DNA of 26,660 nucleotides from a virus: UHGV virus genome UHGV-0256785; one strand, 5' to 3'. Shown piece by piece: positions 16,808 to 26,660 of this stretch (position 1 is its first letter; each line of letters starts with the position of its first letter). The notes under the pieces were generated by a model. It saw only the letters and a program-made list of their open reading frames with translations, ran no database searches and was not told where the DNA came from. The position numbers and the translations under genes were made by a program.

Positions 16808-17145
16808 CGCGGGAAATGCAGTTTGTCATGCGGCTTGCCCGGGAGTTCCGGCGGGCAGACTGGCGGCGGATGCTGTCGGAAATGTCGGCCACTGAGCTTG
16901 GTGAGTGGGGCGATTATTTCCGGATGCAGAGCTTCAGTGATGTGTGGATGGATGCGCAGTTTGCCTCGCTGAAGGCATTGATCGTGAGAATGGTGTCCGG
17001 CAGCAGTGATGCTGCGGTGGTTGATTTCAGCCTTTTACCGGAAGAGAACGGGATACCGGAGCGAACGGACGAAGAACTGATGCATCTTGGGGAAGGTATT
17101 TCCGGAGGTGTGCGTTATGGACCAGATAGCCAACCTGGTCATTGA
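16418..17145 (+). CDS. G-T fusion chaperone made by a programmed -1 ribosomal frameshift near the end of G
   Basis: The T frame is -1 relative to G and open only from 16783; A-rich GGAAAAG at 16795-16801 sits in the 25 nt overlap; T-frame ATG at 16816 has no RBS of its own. Confidence 0.6.
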
Positions 17146-20100
17146 TTTAGGGATTGATGCGGCAGAGTTTAAAAATGAAATTCCCCGTATCAAAAACCTT
17201 CTGAATGGTGCAGCCAGCGATGCAGAACGATCTTCTGCCCGTATGCAGCGTTTTATGGAGCGTCAGACTCAGGCCGCCCGGCAGACAACGCAGGCGGCGT
17301 CTTCGGCTGCAACAGCCGCATCCGTCCATGCGCAGACGGTGGAGAAGAGCGCACAGGCTCATGAACGCATGGCCAGCGAGGTGGAGCAAACCCGCCAGCA
17401 CATGGAGGCGCTGAGCCAGAAAATGCGCGAGGAACAGGCGCAGGCCATGGCTCTGGCGGAGGCTCAGGATAAAGCGGCTGCCGCGTTTTATCGTCAGATT
17501 GACAGTGTGAAACAGGCCAGTACGGGGCTGCAGGAATTACAGCGTATTCAGCAGCAGATCCGACAGGCCAGAAACAGTGGCGGGATTGGTCAGCAGGATT
17601 ATCTGGCGCTGATTTCTGAGGTTACGGCGAAAACCCGTGTTCTTACACAGGCTGAGGAAGAGGCTACCCGACAGAAAGTGGCGTTTATCCGTCAGCTTAA
17701 AGAGCAGGCAACCCGCCAGAATCTTTCTTCTTCTGAGTTGCTTCGTGCTAAGGCTGCCCAGCTGGGGGTAAGCAGTACTGCAGAAGTGTATATCCGCAAA
17801 ATGGAGCAGGCAGGAAAAGCCACGCATTCGCTGGGGCTGAAAAGTGCAGCGGCCCGCCGGGAGATAGGCGTTCTGATAGGTGAACTGGCCCGCGGTAATT
17901 TAGGGGCGCTGAGGGGATCCGGGATAACGCTGGCTAACCGTGCCGGATGGATAGACACACTGATGTCACCGAAAGGTATGATGCTGAGCGGGGTTATTGG
18001 CGGTATTGCCGCGGCCGTCTATGGTCTGGGTAAAGCTTGGTATGACGGTCAGAAGGAGGGGGAAGAATTTAATCGCCAGCTGTCGCTGACGGGGCATTAT
18101 GCCGGAGTCACTGCCGGGCAGCTGTGGACGCTCAGTCGTGCTATTTCCGGGAATGGTATCACGCAACATGCTGCAGCCGGTGCGCTGGCTCAGGTGGTGG
18201 GGAGTGGTGCATTTCGTGGAAACGATATCGGTATGGTGGCGAGAGCTGCCGCACAGATGGAGCGATCGGTTGGTCAGTCGGTCAGCGATACCATAAATCA
18301 GTTTAAGCGGCTGAAGGATGATCCTGTAAATGCCGCGAAGGCTCTGGACAATGAGCTGCATTTTCTTACTGCCACTCAGCTTGAGCAGATACGCGTCCTT
18401 GGGGAACAGGGACGGTCCAGTGATGCTGCACGGATAGCTATGTCTGCACTGGCAGAGGAAACCGGTCGGCGTACTGCGGATATTGATAATAATCTTAATG
18501 CGCTGGGCAGTACGCTGAAATATCTGTCTGATTTGTGGAGCCGTTTCTGGGACGCGGCCCTGAACATCGGTCGTGAAGATTCACTGGATGGGCAGATAGC
18601 TGCCTTACAGGAAAAAATTCAACGGGCGAAAAAGTTTTCGTGGACGAATTCATCCACTCAGGTGGAGTACGATCAGCAGCGTCTTAACGATCTTCAGGAG
18701 AAAAAACGCCAGAAGGATTTGCAGGATGCAAAAGAGCAGGCAGAGCGGAATTATCAGGAGCAACAGAAACGCCGTAATGCTGAAAATGCAGCACTGAACC
18801 GGATGAATGAAACGGAAGCAGCACGACATCAGCGTGAAATTGCGCGTATTAATGCCATGCAATACGCCGACCAGGCTGTCAGGGATGCGGCGATACAACG
18901 TGAAAATGAACGTTACGAGAAAGCCCTGGCATCCGGTAAGAAAAAAACACGCGAAACCCGTAATGATGAGGCCACCCGGTTATTGCTGCAGTACAGTCAG
19001 CAACAGGCACAGGTGGAAGGGCAGATTGCTGCTGCCAGACAGTCAGCAGGCATTGCCACTGACAGGATGACAGAAGCGCATAAACAGCTTCTGGCTCTGC
19101 AGCAGCGCATCAGCGACCTGGACGGGAAAAAACTGACGGCAGATGAAAAGAGTGTGCTGGCCCGTAAAGATGAACTGATTCAGGCACTGACGTTGCTGGA
19201 TGTAAAACAGCAGGAGCTTCAGAAGCAGACGGCACTCAACGAGCTGAAGAAAAAAACAATTCAGCTGACCAGTCAACTGGCTGAAGAAGAACGCGCTCAG
19301 CGTCAGCAACATGACCTGGATATCGCCACGGTGGGTATGGGCGAACAGTTGCGGCAGCGGTATCAGGTACAACTGAGTCTTCGCCAGAAATACCAGCAAC
19401 AGCTGGAGCAGTTGAGGCGGGATAGTGAGCAGAAAGGGACATATAACACGGATGACTACAGAAAGGCCGAGCAGGCGCTGACGGAGAGCCTGAACCGACA
19501 ACTGAATGAGAATCGCCGCTACTGGCAACAGCTTGAAGTTGTGCAGGGTAACTGGAAAAACGGTGCCATACGTGCGTTTCAGAATTTTACGGCAGAAGCG
19601 GATAACGCGGCAGGTACGGCTGAGCAGATGTTTACAGCGGCATTTAACAGCGCAGGTAATGCACTGGCGACGTTCTGTACCACCGGAAAACTGAACTTCA
19701 AATCTTTTACCGCCTCGCTCCTTTCTGATCTGGCAAAAATCATGTCGCAAATGGCCATGATGCAGGCGGTGAAGGGGATTGGTTCGGCGTTTGGCTGGGG
19801 GAGTGCAGCAGCTGCCAGCGTGACGCCAAATGCGGATGGCGGTGTTTATCAGTCTGCTGATTTGAGTCGCTACAGTGGCACGGTGGTTAACCGTCCAACA
19901 TTTTTTGCTTTTGCAAAAGGCGCGGGTGTGATGGGGGAAGCTGGACCTGAAGCCATTCTGCCACTGCGTCGTGGTGCTGACGGTAAGCTGGGGGTTGTGG
20001 CGGATATTGGTGGTTCAGGTATGGCGATGTTTGCCCCGCAGTACAACATCGAGATCAATAACGACGGCACGAACGGGCAGATAGGTCCGGCTGCCCTGAA

Positions 20101-20191
20101 GGTGGTTTATGATCTCGGGAAAAAAGCGGCAGCGGACTTTATGCAACAGCAGTCCCGTGATGGTGGACTGTATTCAGGAGGCGGGCGATGA
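17117..20191 (+). CDS. H: tail tape measure protein H
   Basis: ~1024 aa; long Ala/Gln/Glu-rich coiled-coil region; GGAGGTG RBS before ATG 17117; follows G/T. Confidence 0.9.
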   Translation: MDQIANLVIDLGIDAAEFKNEIPRIKNLLNGAASDAERSSARMQRFMERQTQAARQTTQAASSAATAASVHAQTVEKSAQAHERMASEVEQTRQHMEALSQKMREEQAQAMALAEAQDKAAAAFYRQIDSVKQASTGLQELQRIQQQIRQARNSGGIGQQDYLALISEVTAKTRVLTQAEEEATRQKVAFIRQLKEQATRQNLSSSELLRAKAAQLGVSSTAEVYIRKMEQAGKATHSLGLKSAAARREIGVLIGELARGNLGALRGSGITLANRAGWIDTLMSPKGMMLSGVIGGIAAAVYGLGKAWYDGQKEGEEFNRQLSLTGHYAGVTAGQLWTLSRAISGNGITQHAAAGALAQVVGSGAFRGNDIGMVARAAAQMERSVGQSVSDTINQFKRLKDDPVNAAKALDNELHFLTATQLEQIRVLGEQGRSSDAARIAMSALAEETGRRTADIDNNLNALGSTLKYLSDLWSRFWDAALNIGREDSLDGQIAALQEKIQRAKKFSWTNSSTQVEYDQQRLNDLQEKKRQKDLQDAKEQAERNYQEQQKRRNAENAALNRMNETEAARHQREIARINAMQYADQAVRDAAIQRENERYEKALASGKKKTRETRNDEATRLLLQYSQQQAQVEGQIAAARQSAGIATDRMTEAHKQLLALQQRISDLDGKKLTADEKSVLARKDELIQALTLLDVKQQELQKQTALNELKKKTIQLTSQLAEEERAQRQQHDLDIATVGMGEQLRQRYQVQLSLRQKYQQQLEQLRRDSEQKGTYNTDDYRKAEQALTESLNRQLNENRRYWQQLEVVQGNWKNGAIRAFQNFTAEADNAAGTAEQMFTAAFNSAGNALATFCTTGKLNFKSFTASLLSDLAKIMSQMAMMQAVKGIGSAFGWGSAAAASVTPNADGGVYQSADLSRYSGTVVNRPTFFAFAKGAGVMGEAGPEAILPLRRGADGKLGVVADIGGSGMAMFAPQYNIEINNDGTNGQIGPAALKVVYDLGKKAAADFMQQQSRDGGLYSGGGR

Positions 20192-20517
20192 AAACGTTTC
20201 ACTGGAAGGTAAAACCTGGTATGGAGGTGGCTTCGACTCCTTTAGTCAGGGAAGTACGTTTTGGGGATGGTTACTCCCAGCGAGCGCCTGCCGGGCTGAA
20301 TGCCGACCTGAAAACGTATAGCGTGACGCTTTCTGTCCCCCGTTGGGAGGCCACGGCGCTGGAGTCGTTTCTGGCAGAGCACGGGGGCTGGAAAGCCTTT
20401 CTGTGGACGCCGCCTTATGGCTACCGGCAGATAAAGGTGACCTGCGCAAAATGGACGTCGCGGGTCAGTATGCTGCGTGTTGAGTTCAGCGCAGAGTTTA
20501 AACAGGTGGTGAACTGA
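20188..20517 (+). CDS. M: minor tail protein M
   Basis: 109 aa; near-identical to lambda M as recalled (MKTF.WKVKPGM...RVSMLRVEFSAEF). Confidence 0.9.
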   Translation: MKTFHWKVKPGMEVASTPLVREVRFGDGYSQRAPAGLNADLKTYSVTLSVPRWEATALESFLAEHGGWKAFLWTPPYGYRQIKVTCAKWTSRVSMLRVEFSAEFKQVVN

Positions 20518-21215
20518 TGCAGGATATCCGGCAGGAAACATTGAATGAATGCACCCGTGCGGAGCAGTCGGCCAGCGTGGTGCTCTGGGAAATCGATCTG
20601 ACAGAGGTCGGTGGAGAACGTTATTTTTTCTGTAATGAGCAGAACGAAAAAGGTGAGCCGGTCACCTGGCAGGGGCGACAGTATCAGCCGTATCCCATTC
20701 AGGGGAGTGGTTTTGAACTGAATGGCAAAGGCACCAGTACGCGCCCCACGCTGACGGTTTCTAACCTGTACGGCATGGTCACCGGGATGGCGGAAGATCT
20801 GCAGAGTCTGGTCGGCGGAACGGTGGTCCGGCGTAAGGTTTACGCCAGTTTTCTGGATGCGGTGAACTTCGTCAACGGAAACAGTGACGCCGATCCGGAG
20901 CAGGAGGTGAGCAGCCGCTGGCGCATCGAGCAGTGCAGCGAACTGAGCGCGGTCAGTGCCTCTTTTGTGCTGTCCACACCGACGGAAACGGATGGCGCTG
21001 TTTTTCCGGGACGTATCATGCTGGCCAACACCTGCACCTGGACCTATCGCGGTGACGAGTGCGGTTATAGCGGTCCGGCTGTCGCGGATGAATATGACCA
21101 GCCAACGTCCGATATCACGAAGGATAAATGCAGCAAATGCCTGAGCGGTTGTAAGTTCCGCAATAACGTCGGCAACTTTGGCGGCTTCCTTTCCATTAAC
21201 AAACTTTCGCAGTAA
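20517..21215 (+). CDS. L: minor tail protein L
   Basis: 232 aa; lambda L-like, with the C-terminal Cys cluster CSKCLSGCKF. Confidence 0.9.
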   Translation: MQDIRQETLNECTRAEQSASVVLWEIDLTEVGGERYFFCNEQNEKGEPVTWQGRQYQPYPIQGSGFELNGKGTSTRPTLTVSNLYGMVTGMAEDLQSLVGGTVVRRKVYASFLDAVNFVNGNSDADPEQEVSSRWRIEQCSELSAVSASFVLSTPTETDGAVFPGRIMLANTCTWTYRGDECGYSGPAVADEYDQPTSDITKDKCSKCLSGCKFRNNVGNFGGFLSINKLSQ

Positions 21216-21220
21216 ATCCC

Positions 21221-21964
21221 ATGACACAGACAGAATCAGCGATTCTGGCGCACGCCCGGCGATGTGCGCCAGCGGAGTCGTGCGGCTTCGTGGTGAGAAC
21301 ACCGGAGGGGGAAAGATATTTTCCCTGCGTGAATATCTCTGGTGAGCCGGAGGCGTATTTCCGGATGTCGCCGGAGGACTGGCTGAGTGCAGAAATGCAG
21401 AGAGAGATTGTGGCGCTGGTCCACAGCCACCCCGGTGGTCTGCCCTGGCTGAGTGAGGCCGACCGGCGGCTGCAGGTGCAGAGTGATTTGCCGTGGTGGC
21501 TGGTCTGCCGGGGGACGATTCATAAGTTCCGCTGTGTGCCGCATCTCACCGGGCGGCGTTTTGAGCACGGTGTGACGGACTGTTACACACTGTTCCGGGA
21601 TGCTTACCATCTGGCGGGGATTGAGATGCCGGACTTTCATCGTGAGGATGACTGGTGGCGTAACGGCCAGAATCTCTATCTGGATAATATGGAGGCGACA
21701 GGTTTTTACCGTGTCGCACTGACAGAGGCGCAGCCCGGTGATGTGCTGCTGTGCTGCTTTGGTTCATCGGTGCCGAATCATGCCGCCATTTACTGTGGTG
21801 ACGGCGAGCTGCTGCACCATATTCCTGAACAACTGAGCAAACGAGAGAGGTATACCGACAAATGGCAGCGACGCACACACTCCCTCTGGCGTCACCGGGC
21901 ATGGCACGCATCTGCCTTTACGGGGATTTACAACGATTTGGCCGCCGCATCGATCTGCGTGTGA
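21221..21964 (+). CDS. K: tail assembly protein K (JAB/MPN plus NlpC/P60-like domains)
   Basis: 247 aa; near-identical to lambda K as recalled (MTQTESAILAHARRCAPAESCGFVV...). Confidence 0.9.
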   Translation: MTQTESAILAHARRCAPAESCGFVVRTPEGERYFPCVNISGEPEAYFRMSPEDWLSAEMQREIVALVHSHPGGLPWLSEADRRLQVQSDLPWWLVCRGTIHKFRCVPHLTGRRFEHGVTDCYTLFRDAYHLAGIEMPDFHREDDWWRNGQNLYLDNMEATGFYRVALTEAQPGDVLLCCFGSSVPNHAAIYCGDGELLHHIPEQLSKRERYTDKWQRRTHSLWRHRAWHASAFTGIYNDLAAASICV

Positions 21965-22503
21965 AAACGGGGGCCGAAGCCATCCGGGCGCTGGCCATGC
22001 AGATCCCGGCGTTTCGTCAGAAGCTGAGCGACGGCTGGTATCAGGTACGCATTGCCGGGCGTGATACAGGTGAAACGGAATTATCAGCCCGTCTTAATGA
22101 ACCGCTGGCAAATGGTGCTGTGATCCATATCGTGCCGCGTCTGGCAGGAGCCAAAAGTGGCGGTGTGTTTCAGGCTGTGCTGGGGGCGGCTGTTATGGCG
22201 GTTGCTATATGGATGCCGGGGGTAGGAATTATGGCGAGTAATCTGCTGTTTTCTCTCGGTGCCAGTATGACGCTTGGCGGTGTTGCACAGATGCTGGCCC
22301 CTAAACCCAAAACCCCCCGCACACAGACAACGGATAACGGCAAACAGAACACCTATTTTTCTTCACTGGATAATATGGTTGCCCAGGGCAATGTCCTGCC
22401 CGTTCTGTACGGTGAAATGCGTGTGGGGTCGCGGGTGGTTTCTCAGGAGATCAGCACGGCAGATGAAGGTGATGGTGGTCAGGTTGTGGTGATTGGTCGC
22501 TGA
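21862..22503 (+). CDS. I: tail assembly protein I
   Basis: 213 aa; begins MAATHTLPLASPGMARICLYGDLQRFGRR as recalled for lambda I; overlaps the 3' end of K as in lambda. Confidence 0.85.
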   Translation: MAATHTLPLASPGMARICLYGDLQRFGRRIDLRVKTGAEAIRALAMQIPAFRQKLSDGWYQVRIAGRDTGETELSARLNEPLANGAVIHIVPRLAGAKSGGVFQAVLGAAVMAVAIWMPGVGIMASNLLFSLGASMTLGGVAQMLAPKPKTPRTQTTDNGKQNTYFSSLDNMVAQGNVLPVLYGEMRVGSRVVSQEISTADEGDGGQVVVIGR

Positions 22504-22562
22504 TGAAAAACGTTTTATGTGAAACCGCCCCCGGGCGGTTTTGTCGTTATGGAGCGTGAGAA

Positions 22563-25500
22563 ATGGGTAAAGGCAGCAGTAAGGGGCATACCCCGCGCGA
22601 AGCGAAGGACAACCTGAAGTCCACGCAGTTGCTGAGTGTGATTGATGCCATCAGTGAAGGGCCGATTGAAGGTCCGGTGGATGGATTAAAAAGCGTGCTG
22701 CTGAACAGTACGCCGGTGCTGGACACTGAGGGGAATACCAACATCTCCGGTGTCACGGTGGTGTTCCGTGCCGGTGAGCAGGAGCAGACACCGCCGGAGG
22801 GGTTTGAATCCTCCGGCTCCGAGACGGTGCTGGGTACGGAAGTGAAATATGACACGCCGATCACCCGGACCATCACGTCGGCAAACATCGACCGTCTGCG
22901 CTTTACCTTCGGTGTACAGGCACTGGTGGAAACCACCTCAAAGGGTGACAGAAATCCGTCGGAAGTCCGTCTGCTGGTTCAGATACAACGTAACGGTGGC
23001 TGGGTGACGGAAAAAGACATCACCATTAAGGGCAAAACCACCTCGCAGTATCTGGCCTCGGTGGTGGTGGGTAGCCTGCCGCCGCGCCCGTTTAATATCC
23101 GGATGCGCAGGATGACGCCGGACAGCACCACAGACCAGCTGCAGAACAAAACGCTCTGGTCGTCATACACCGAAATCATCGATGTGAAACAGTGCTACCC
23201 GAACACGGCACTGGTCGGCGTACAGGTGGACTCGGAGCAGTTCGGCAGCCAGCAGGTGAGTCGTAATTATCATCTTCGCGGGCGCATTCTGCAGGTGCCG
23301 TCGAACTATAACCCGCAGACGCGACAATACAGCGGTATCTGGGACGGAACGTTAAAACCAGCATACAGCAACAACATGGCCTGGTGTCTGTGGGATATGC
23401 TGACCCATCCGCGCTACGGCATGGGGAAACGTCTTGGTGCGGCGGATGTGGACAAATGGGCGCTGTATGTCATCGGCCAGTACTGCGACCAGTCGGTGCC
23501 GGACGGCTTTGGTGGCACGGAGCCGCGCATTACCTGTAATGCGTACCTGACCACGCAGCGCAAGGCGTGGGATGTGCTCAGTGATTTCTGCTCGGCGATG
23601 CGCTGTATGCCGGTATGGAACGGGCAGACGCTGACGTTCGTGCAGGACCGACCGTCGGATAAGGTGTGGACCTATAACCGCAGTAATGTGGTGATGCCGG
23701 ATGATGGTGCGCCGTTCCGCTACAGCTTCAGCGCCCTGAAGGACCGCCATAATGCCGTTGAGGTGAACTGGATTGACCCGGATAACGGCTGGGAGACGGC
23801 GACAGAGCTTGTTGAAGATACGCAGGCCATTGCCCGTTACGGTCGTAACGTCACGAAGATGGATGCCTTTGGCTGTACCAGCCGGGGGCAGGCGCACCGC
23901 GCCGGGCTGTGGCTGATTAAAACGGAACTGCTGGAAACGCAGACCGTGGACTTCAGCGTGGGTGCGGAAGGGCTTCGCCATGTACCGGGGGATGTCATTG
24001 AAATCTGCGATGATGACTATGCGGGTATCAGCACCGGCGGGCGCGTGCTGGCGGTGAACAGCCAGACCCGGACGCTGACGCTCGACCGTGAAATCACGCT
24101 GCCATCCTCCGGTACCACGCTGATAAGCCTGGTTGACGGTCAGGGTAATCCGGTCAGCGTGGAGGTCCAGTCCGTCACCGACGGCGTGAAGGTGAAAGTG
24201 AGCCGTGTTCCTGACGGCGTTGCAGAATACAGCGTGTGGGGGCTGAAGCTGCCGACGCTACGCCAGCGCCTGTTCCGCTGCGTGAGTATCCGTGAGAACG
24301 ACGACGGCACGTATGCCATCACCGCCGTGCAGCATGTACCGGAGAAAGAAGCCATCGTGGATAACGGGGCGCACTTTGACGGTGACCAGAGCGGCACGGT
24401 GAATGGTGTCACGCCGCCAGCAGTGCAGCACCTGACCGCCGAAGTCACTGCAGACAGCGGGGAATACCAGGTGCTGGCGCGATGGGACACACCGAAGGTG
24501 GTGAAGGGCGTGAGCTTCCTGCTCCGTCTGACCGTAACAGCGGACGACGGCAGTGAGCGACTGGTCAGCACGGCCCGGACGACGGAAACCACATACCGCT
24601 TCACGCAACTGGCGCTGGGGAACTACAGGCTGACAGTCCGGGCGGTAAATGCCCGGGGGCAGCAGGGCGATCCGGCGTCGGTATCGTTCCGGATTGCCGC
24701 ACCGGCAGCACCGTCGAGGATTGAGCTGACGCCGGGCTATTTTCAGATAACCGCCACGCCGCATCTTGCTGTTTATGACCCGACGGTACAGTTTGAGTTC
24801 TGGTTCTCGGAAAAGCGGATTACCGATATCAGGCAGGTTGAAACCACAGCCCGCTATCTTGGTACGGCGCTGTACTGGATAGCCGCCAGTATCAATATCA
24901 AACCGGGCCATGATTATTATTTTTACGTTCGCAGTGTGAACACCGTTGGCAAATCGGCATTCGTGGAGGCCGTCGGTCGGGCGAGCGATGATGCGGAAGG
25001 TTACCTGGATTTTTTCAAAGGAGAAATCGGGAAAACACATCTGGCCCAGGAGCTGTGGACGCAGATTGATAACGGTCAGCTTGCGCCTGACCTGGCTGAA
25101 ATCAGGACGTCCATTACGGATGTCAGCAATGAAATCACGCAGACTGTCAATAAGAAACTGGAAGACCAGAGTGCGGCAATCCAGCAGATACAGAAGGTTC
25201 AGGTTGATACAAATAATAACCTGAACAGCATGTGGGCTGTGAAGCTGCAGCAGATGCAGGACGGACGCCTTTATATCGCGGGTATTGGTGCCGGTATTGA
25301 GAATACGCCAGCAGGAATGCAGAGTCAGGTGCTGCTGGCGGCAGACAGGATTGCGATGATTAATCCTGCGAATGGCAACACAAAGCCGATGTTTGTTGGT
25401 CAGGGCGATCAGATATTCATGAACGACGTGTTCCTGAAACGCCTGACGGCTCCCACCATTACCAGCGGCGGTAATCCTCCGGCATTTTCCCTGACACCGG

Positions 25501-26042
25501 ACGGGCGGCTGACGGCGAAAAATGCCGATATCAGCGGTAACGTGAATGCGAACTCCGGGACGCTCAACAACGTCACGATTAACGAGAACTGTCGGGTTCT
25601 GGGAAAATTGTCCGCCAACCAGATTGAAGGCGATCTCGTTAAAACAGTGGGCAAAGCTTTCCCCCGGGACTCCCGTGCACCGGAGCGGTGGCCATCAGGA
25701 ACCATTACCGTCAGGGTTTATGACGATCAGCCGTTTGACCGGCAGATTGTTATTCCGGCGGTGGCATTCAGCGGCGCTAAACATGAGAAAGAGCATACTG
25801 ATATTTACTCCTCATGCCGTCTGATAGTACGGAAAAACGGTGCTGAAATTTATAACCGTACCGCGCTGGATAATACGCTGATTTACAGTGGTGTTATTGA
25901 TATGCCTGCCGGTCACGGTCACATGACACTGGAGTTTTCGGTGTCAGCATGGCTGGTAAATAACTGGTATCCCACAGCAAGTATCAGCGATTTGCTGGTT
26001 GTGGTGATGAAGAAAGCCACTGCAGGCATCACGATTAGCTGA
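22563..26042 (+). CDS. J: tail tip / host specificity protein J; the N-terminal ~800 aa are lambda-like and the C-terminal receptor-binding region is divergent
   Basis: 1159 aa; begins [41 protein letters not shown] as in lambda J; GGAG RBS. Confidence 0.9.
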   Translation: MGKGSSKGHTPREAKDNLKSTQLLSVIDAISEGPIEGPVDGLKSVLLNSTPVLDTEGNTNISGVTVVFRAGEQEQTPPEGFESSGSETVLGTEVKYDTPITRTITSANIDRLRFTFGVQALVETTSKGDRNPSEVRLLVQIQRNGGWVTEKDITIKGKTTSQYLASVVVGSLPPRPFNIRMRRMTPDSTTDQLQNKTLWSSYTEIIDVKQCYPNTALVGVQVDSEQFGSQQVSRNYHLRGRILQVPSNYNPQTRQYSGIWDGTLKPAYSNNMAWCLWDMLTHPRYGMGKRLGAADVDKWALYVIGQYCDQSVPDGFGGTEPRITCNAYLTTQRKAWDVLSDFCSAMRCMPVWNGQTLTFVQDRPSDKVWTYNRSNVVMPDDGAPFRYSFSALKDRHNAVEVNWIDPDNGWETATELVEDTQAIARYGRNVTKMDAFGCTSRGQAHRAGLWLIKTELLETQTVDFSVGAEGLRHVPGDVIEICDDDYAGISTGGRVLAVNSQTRTLTLDREITLPSSGTTLISLVDGQGNPVSVEVQSVTDGVKVKVSRVPDGVAEYSVWGLKLPTLRQRLFRCVSIRENDDGTYAITAVQHVPEKEAIVDNGAHFDGDQSGTVNGVTPPAVQHLTAEVTADSGEYQVLARWDTPKVVKGVSFLLRLTVTADDGSERLVSTARTTETTYRFTQLALGNYRLTVRAVNARGQQGDPASVSFRIAAPAAPSRIELTPGYFQITATPHLAVYDPTVQFEFWFSEKRITDIRQVETTARYLGTALYWIAASINIKPGHDYYFYVRSVNTVGKSAFVEAVGRASDDAEGYLDFFKGEIGKTHLAQELWTQIDNGQLAPDLAEIRTSITDVSNEITQTVNKKLEDQSAAIQQIQKVQVDTNNNLNSMWAVKLQQMQDGRLYIAGIGAGIENTPAGMQSQVLLAADRIAMINPANGNTKPMFVGQGDQIFMNDVFLKRLTAPTITSGGNPPAFSLTPDGRLTAKNADISGNVNANSGTLNNVTINENCRVLGKLSANQIEGDLVKTVGKAFPRDSRAPERWPSGTITVRVYDDQPFDRQIVIPAVAFSGAKHEKEHTDIYSSCRLIVRKNGAEIYNRTALDNTLIYSGVIDMPAGHGHMTLEFSVSAWLVNNWYPTASISDLLVVVMKKATAGITIS

Positions 26043-26061
26043 ATTTTATAACCCAGATACG

Positions 26062-26085
26062 GGCGCCAGAAATGGCGCCTTTTTT
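26062..26085 (+). terminator. intrinsic terminator after J
   Basis: Stem GGCGCC (26062-26067) / GGCGCC (26074-26079), loop AGAAAT, T6 run 26080-26085. Confidence 0.65.
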
Positions 26086-26109
26086 ATTGCAGAAAAGCGA
26101 GAGGTAATT

Positions 26110-26660
26110 ATGCGTAAATTATGTGCTGTTATTTTGTCCGCAGTAGTCTGGCAGGTCGCCGCTGCTACGTCAGCGAGTGCAGCAGAACATCAGTCCACGC
26201 TGAGCGCGGGGTATCTCCATGCCTCGACGAACGTTCCCGGTAGTGATGATCTGAACGGGATTAACGTGAAATACCGTTATGAGTTTACGGACATGCTGGG
26301 TGTTGTGACGTCATTCAGTTATGCCAATGCCAAAGATGAGCAAAAAACGCATTACAGCGATACCCGCTGGCATGAGGATTCCGTGCGTAACCGCTGGTTC
26401 AGCGTGATGGCGGGACCGTCTGTGCGCGTGAATGAATGGTTCAGCGCGTATGCGATGGCGGGTGTGGCTTACAGCCGTGTGTCGACTTTTTCCGGAGATT
26501 ATCTGCAGGTGACCGACAATACGGGGAAAACGCATGATGTGCTGACCGGAAGTGATGACGGTCGCCACAGCAACACGTCTCTGGCGTGGGGGGCTGGCGT
26601 GCAGTTTAACCCGACCGAATCCGTGGCCATTGATATTGCTTATGAAGGCTCCGGCAGTGG
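26110..26660 (+). CDS. lom: Lom outer-membrane beta-barrel protein (Ail/Lom family), 5' partial, truncated by the window end
   Basis: Not in the ORF track because no stop is reached; GAGG then ATG 26110; product MRKLCAVILSAV...EHQSTLSAGYLHA...INVKYRYEFTD...HYSDTRWHEDSVRNRWFSVMAGPSVRVNEWFSAYAMAGVAYSRV matches lambda Lom as recalled. Confidence 0.85.
   Translation, partial: MRKLCAVILSAVVWQVAAATSASAAEHQSTLSAGYLHASTNVPGSDDLNGINVKYRYEFTDMLGVVTSFSYANAKDEQKTHYSDTRWHEDSVRNRWFSVMAGPSVRVNEWFSAYAMAGVAYSRVSTFSGDYLQVTDNTGKTHDVLTGSDDGRHSNTSLAWGAGVQFNPTESVAIDIAYEGSGS

Overview
This window is the late (Q-dependent) half of a lambda-like prophage from an E. coli-type enterobacterial host, with every supported gene on the + strand. 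In order: the end of the nin region (DUF968-like protein, RusA, Q antiterminator); a late promoter and terminator; a ~3.3 kb accessory block (an ORF6N-domain gene split by a frameshift in an A8 tract, a small DNA-binding protein, an orphan beta-class DNA methyltransferase, tRNA-Thr(UGU) and tRNA-Gly(UCC)); a 560 bp terminator-rich non-coding spacer; a lysis cassette (two holin-like membrane proteins, an M15 peptidase endolysin, a 60 aa lipoprotein); two small orphan ORFs; a cos region; terminase small and large subunits; W-like protein; portal; a protease-capsid fusion; head completion genes; lambda-type tail genes Z, U, V, G/G-T, H, M, L, K, I, J; and the 5' part of lom. The tail genes look near-identical to lambda from memory, while the head module and the Q-to-lysis cargo are not lambda-like, so the element is mosaic. 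I found no CRISPR array, IS element, rRNA or toxin gene. I cannot point to a clearly novel multi-gene system; the best candidates for follow-up are the Q-proximal cargo block and the small ORFs between lysis and cos. All homology statements are from recall of protein families, not from a database search.
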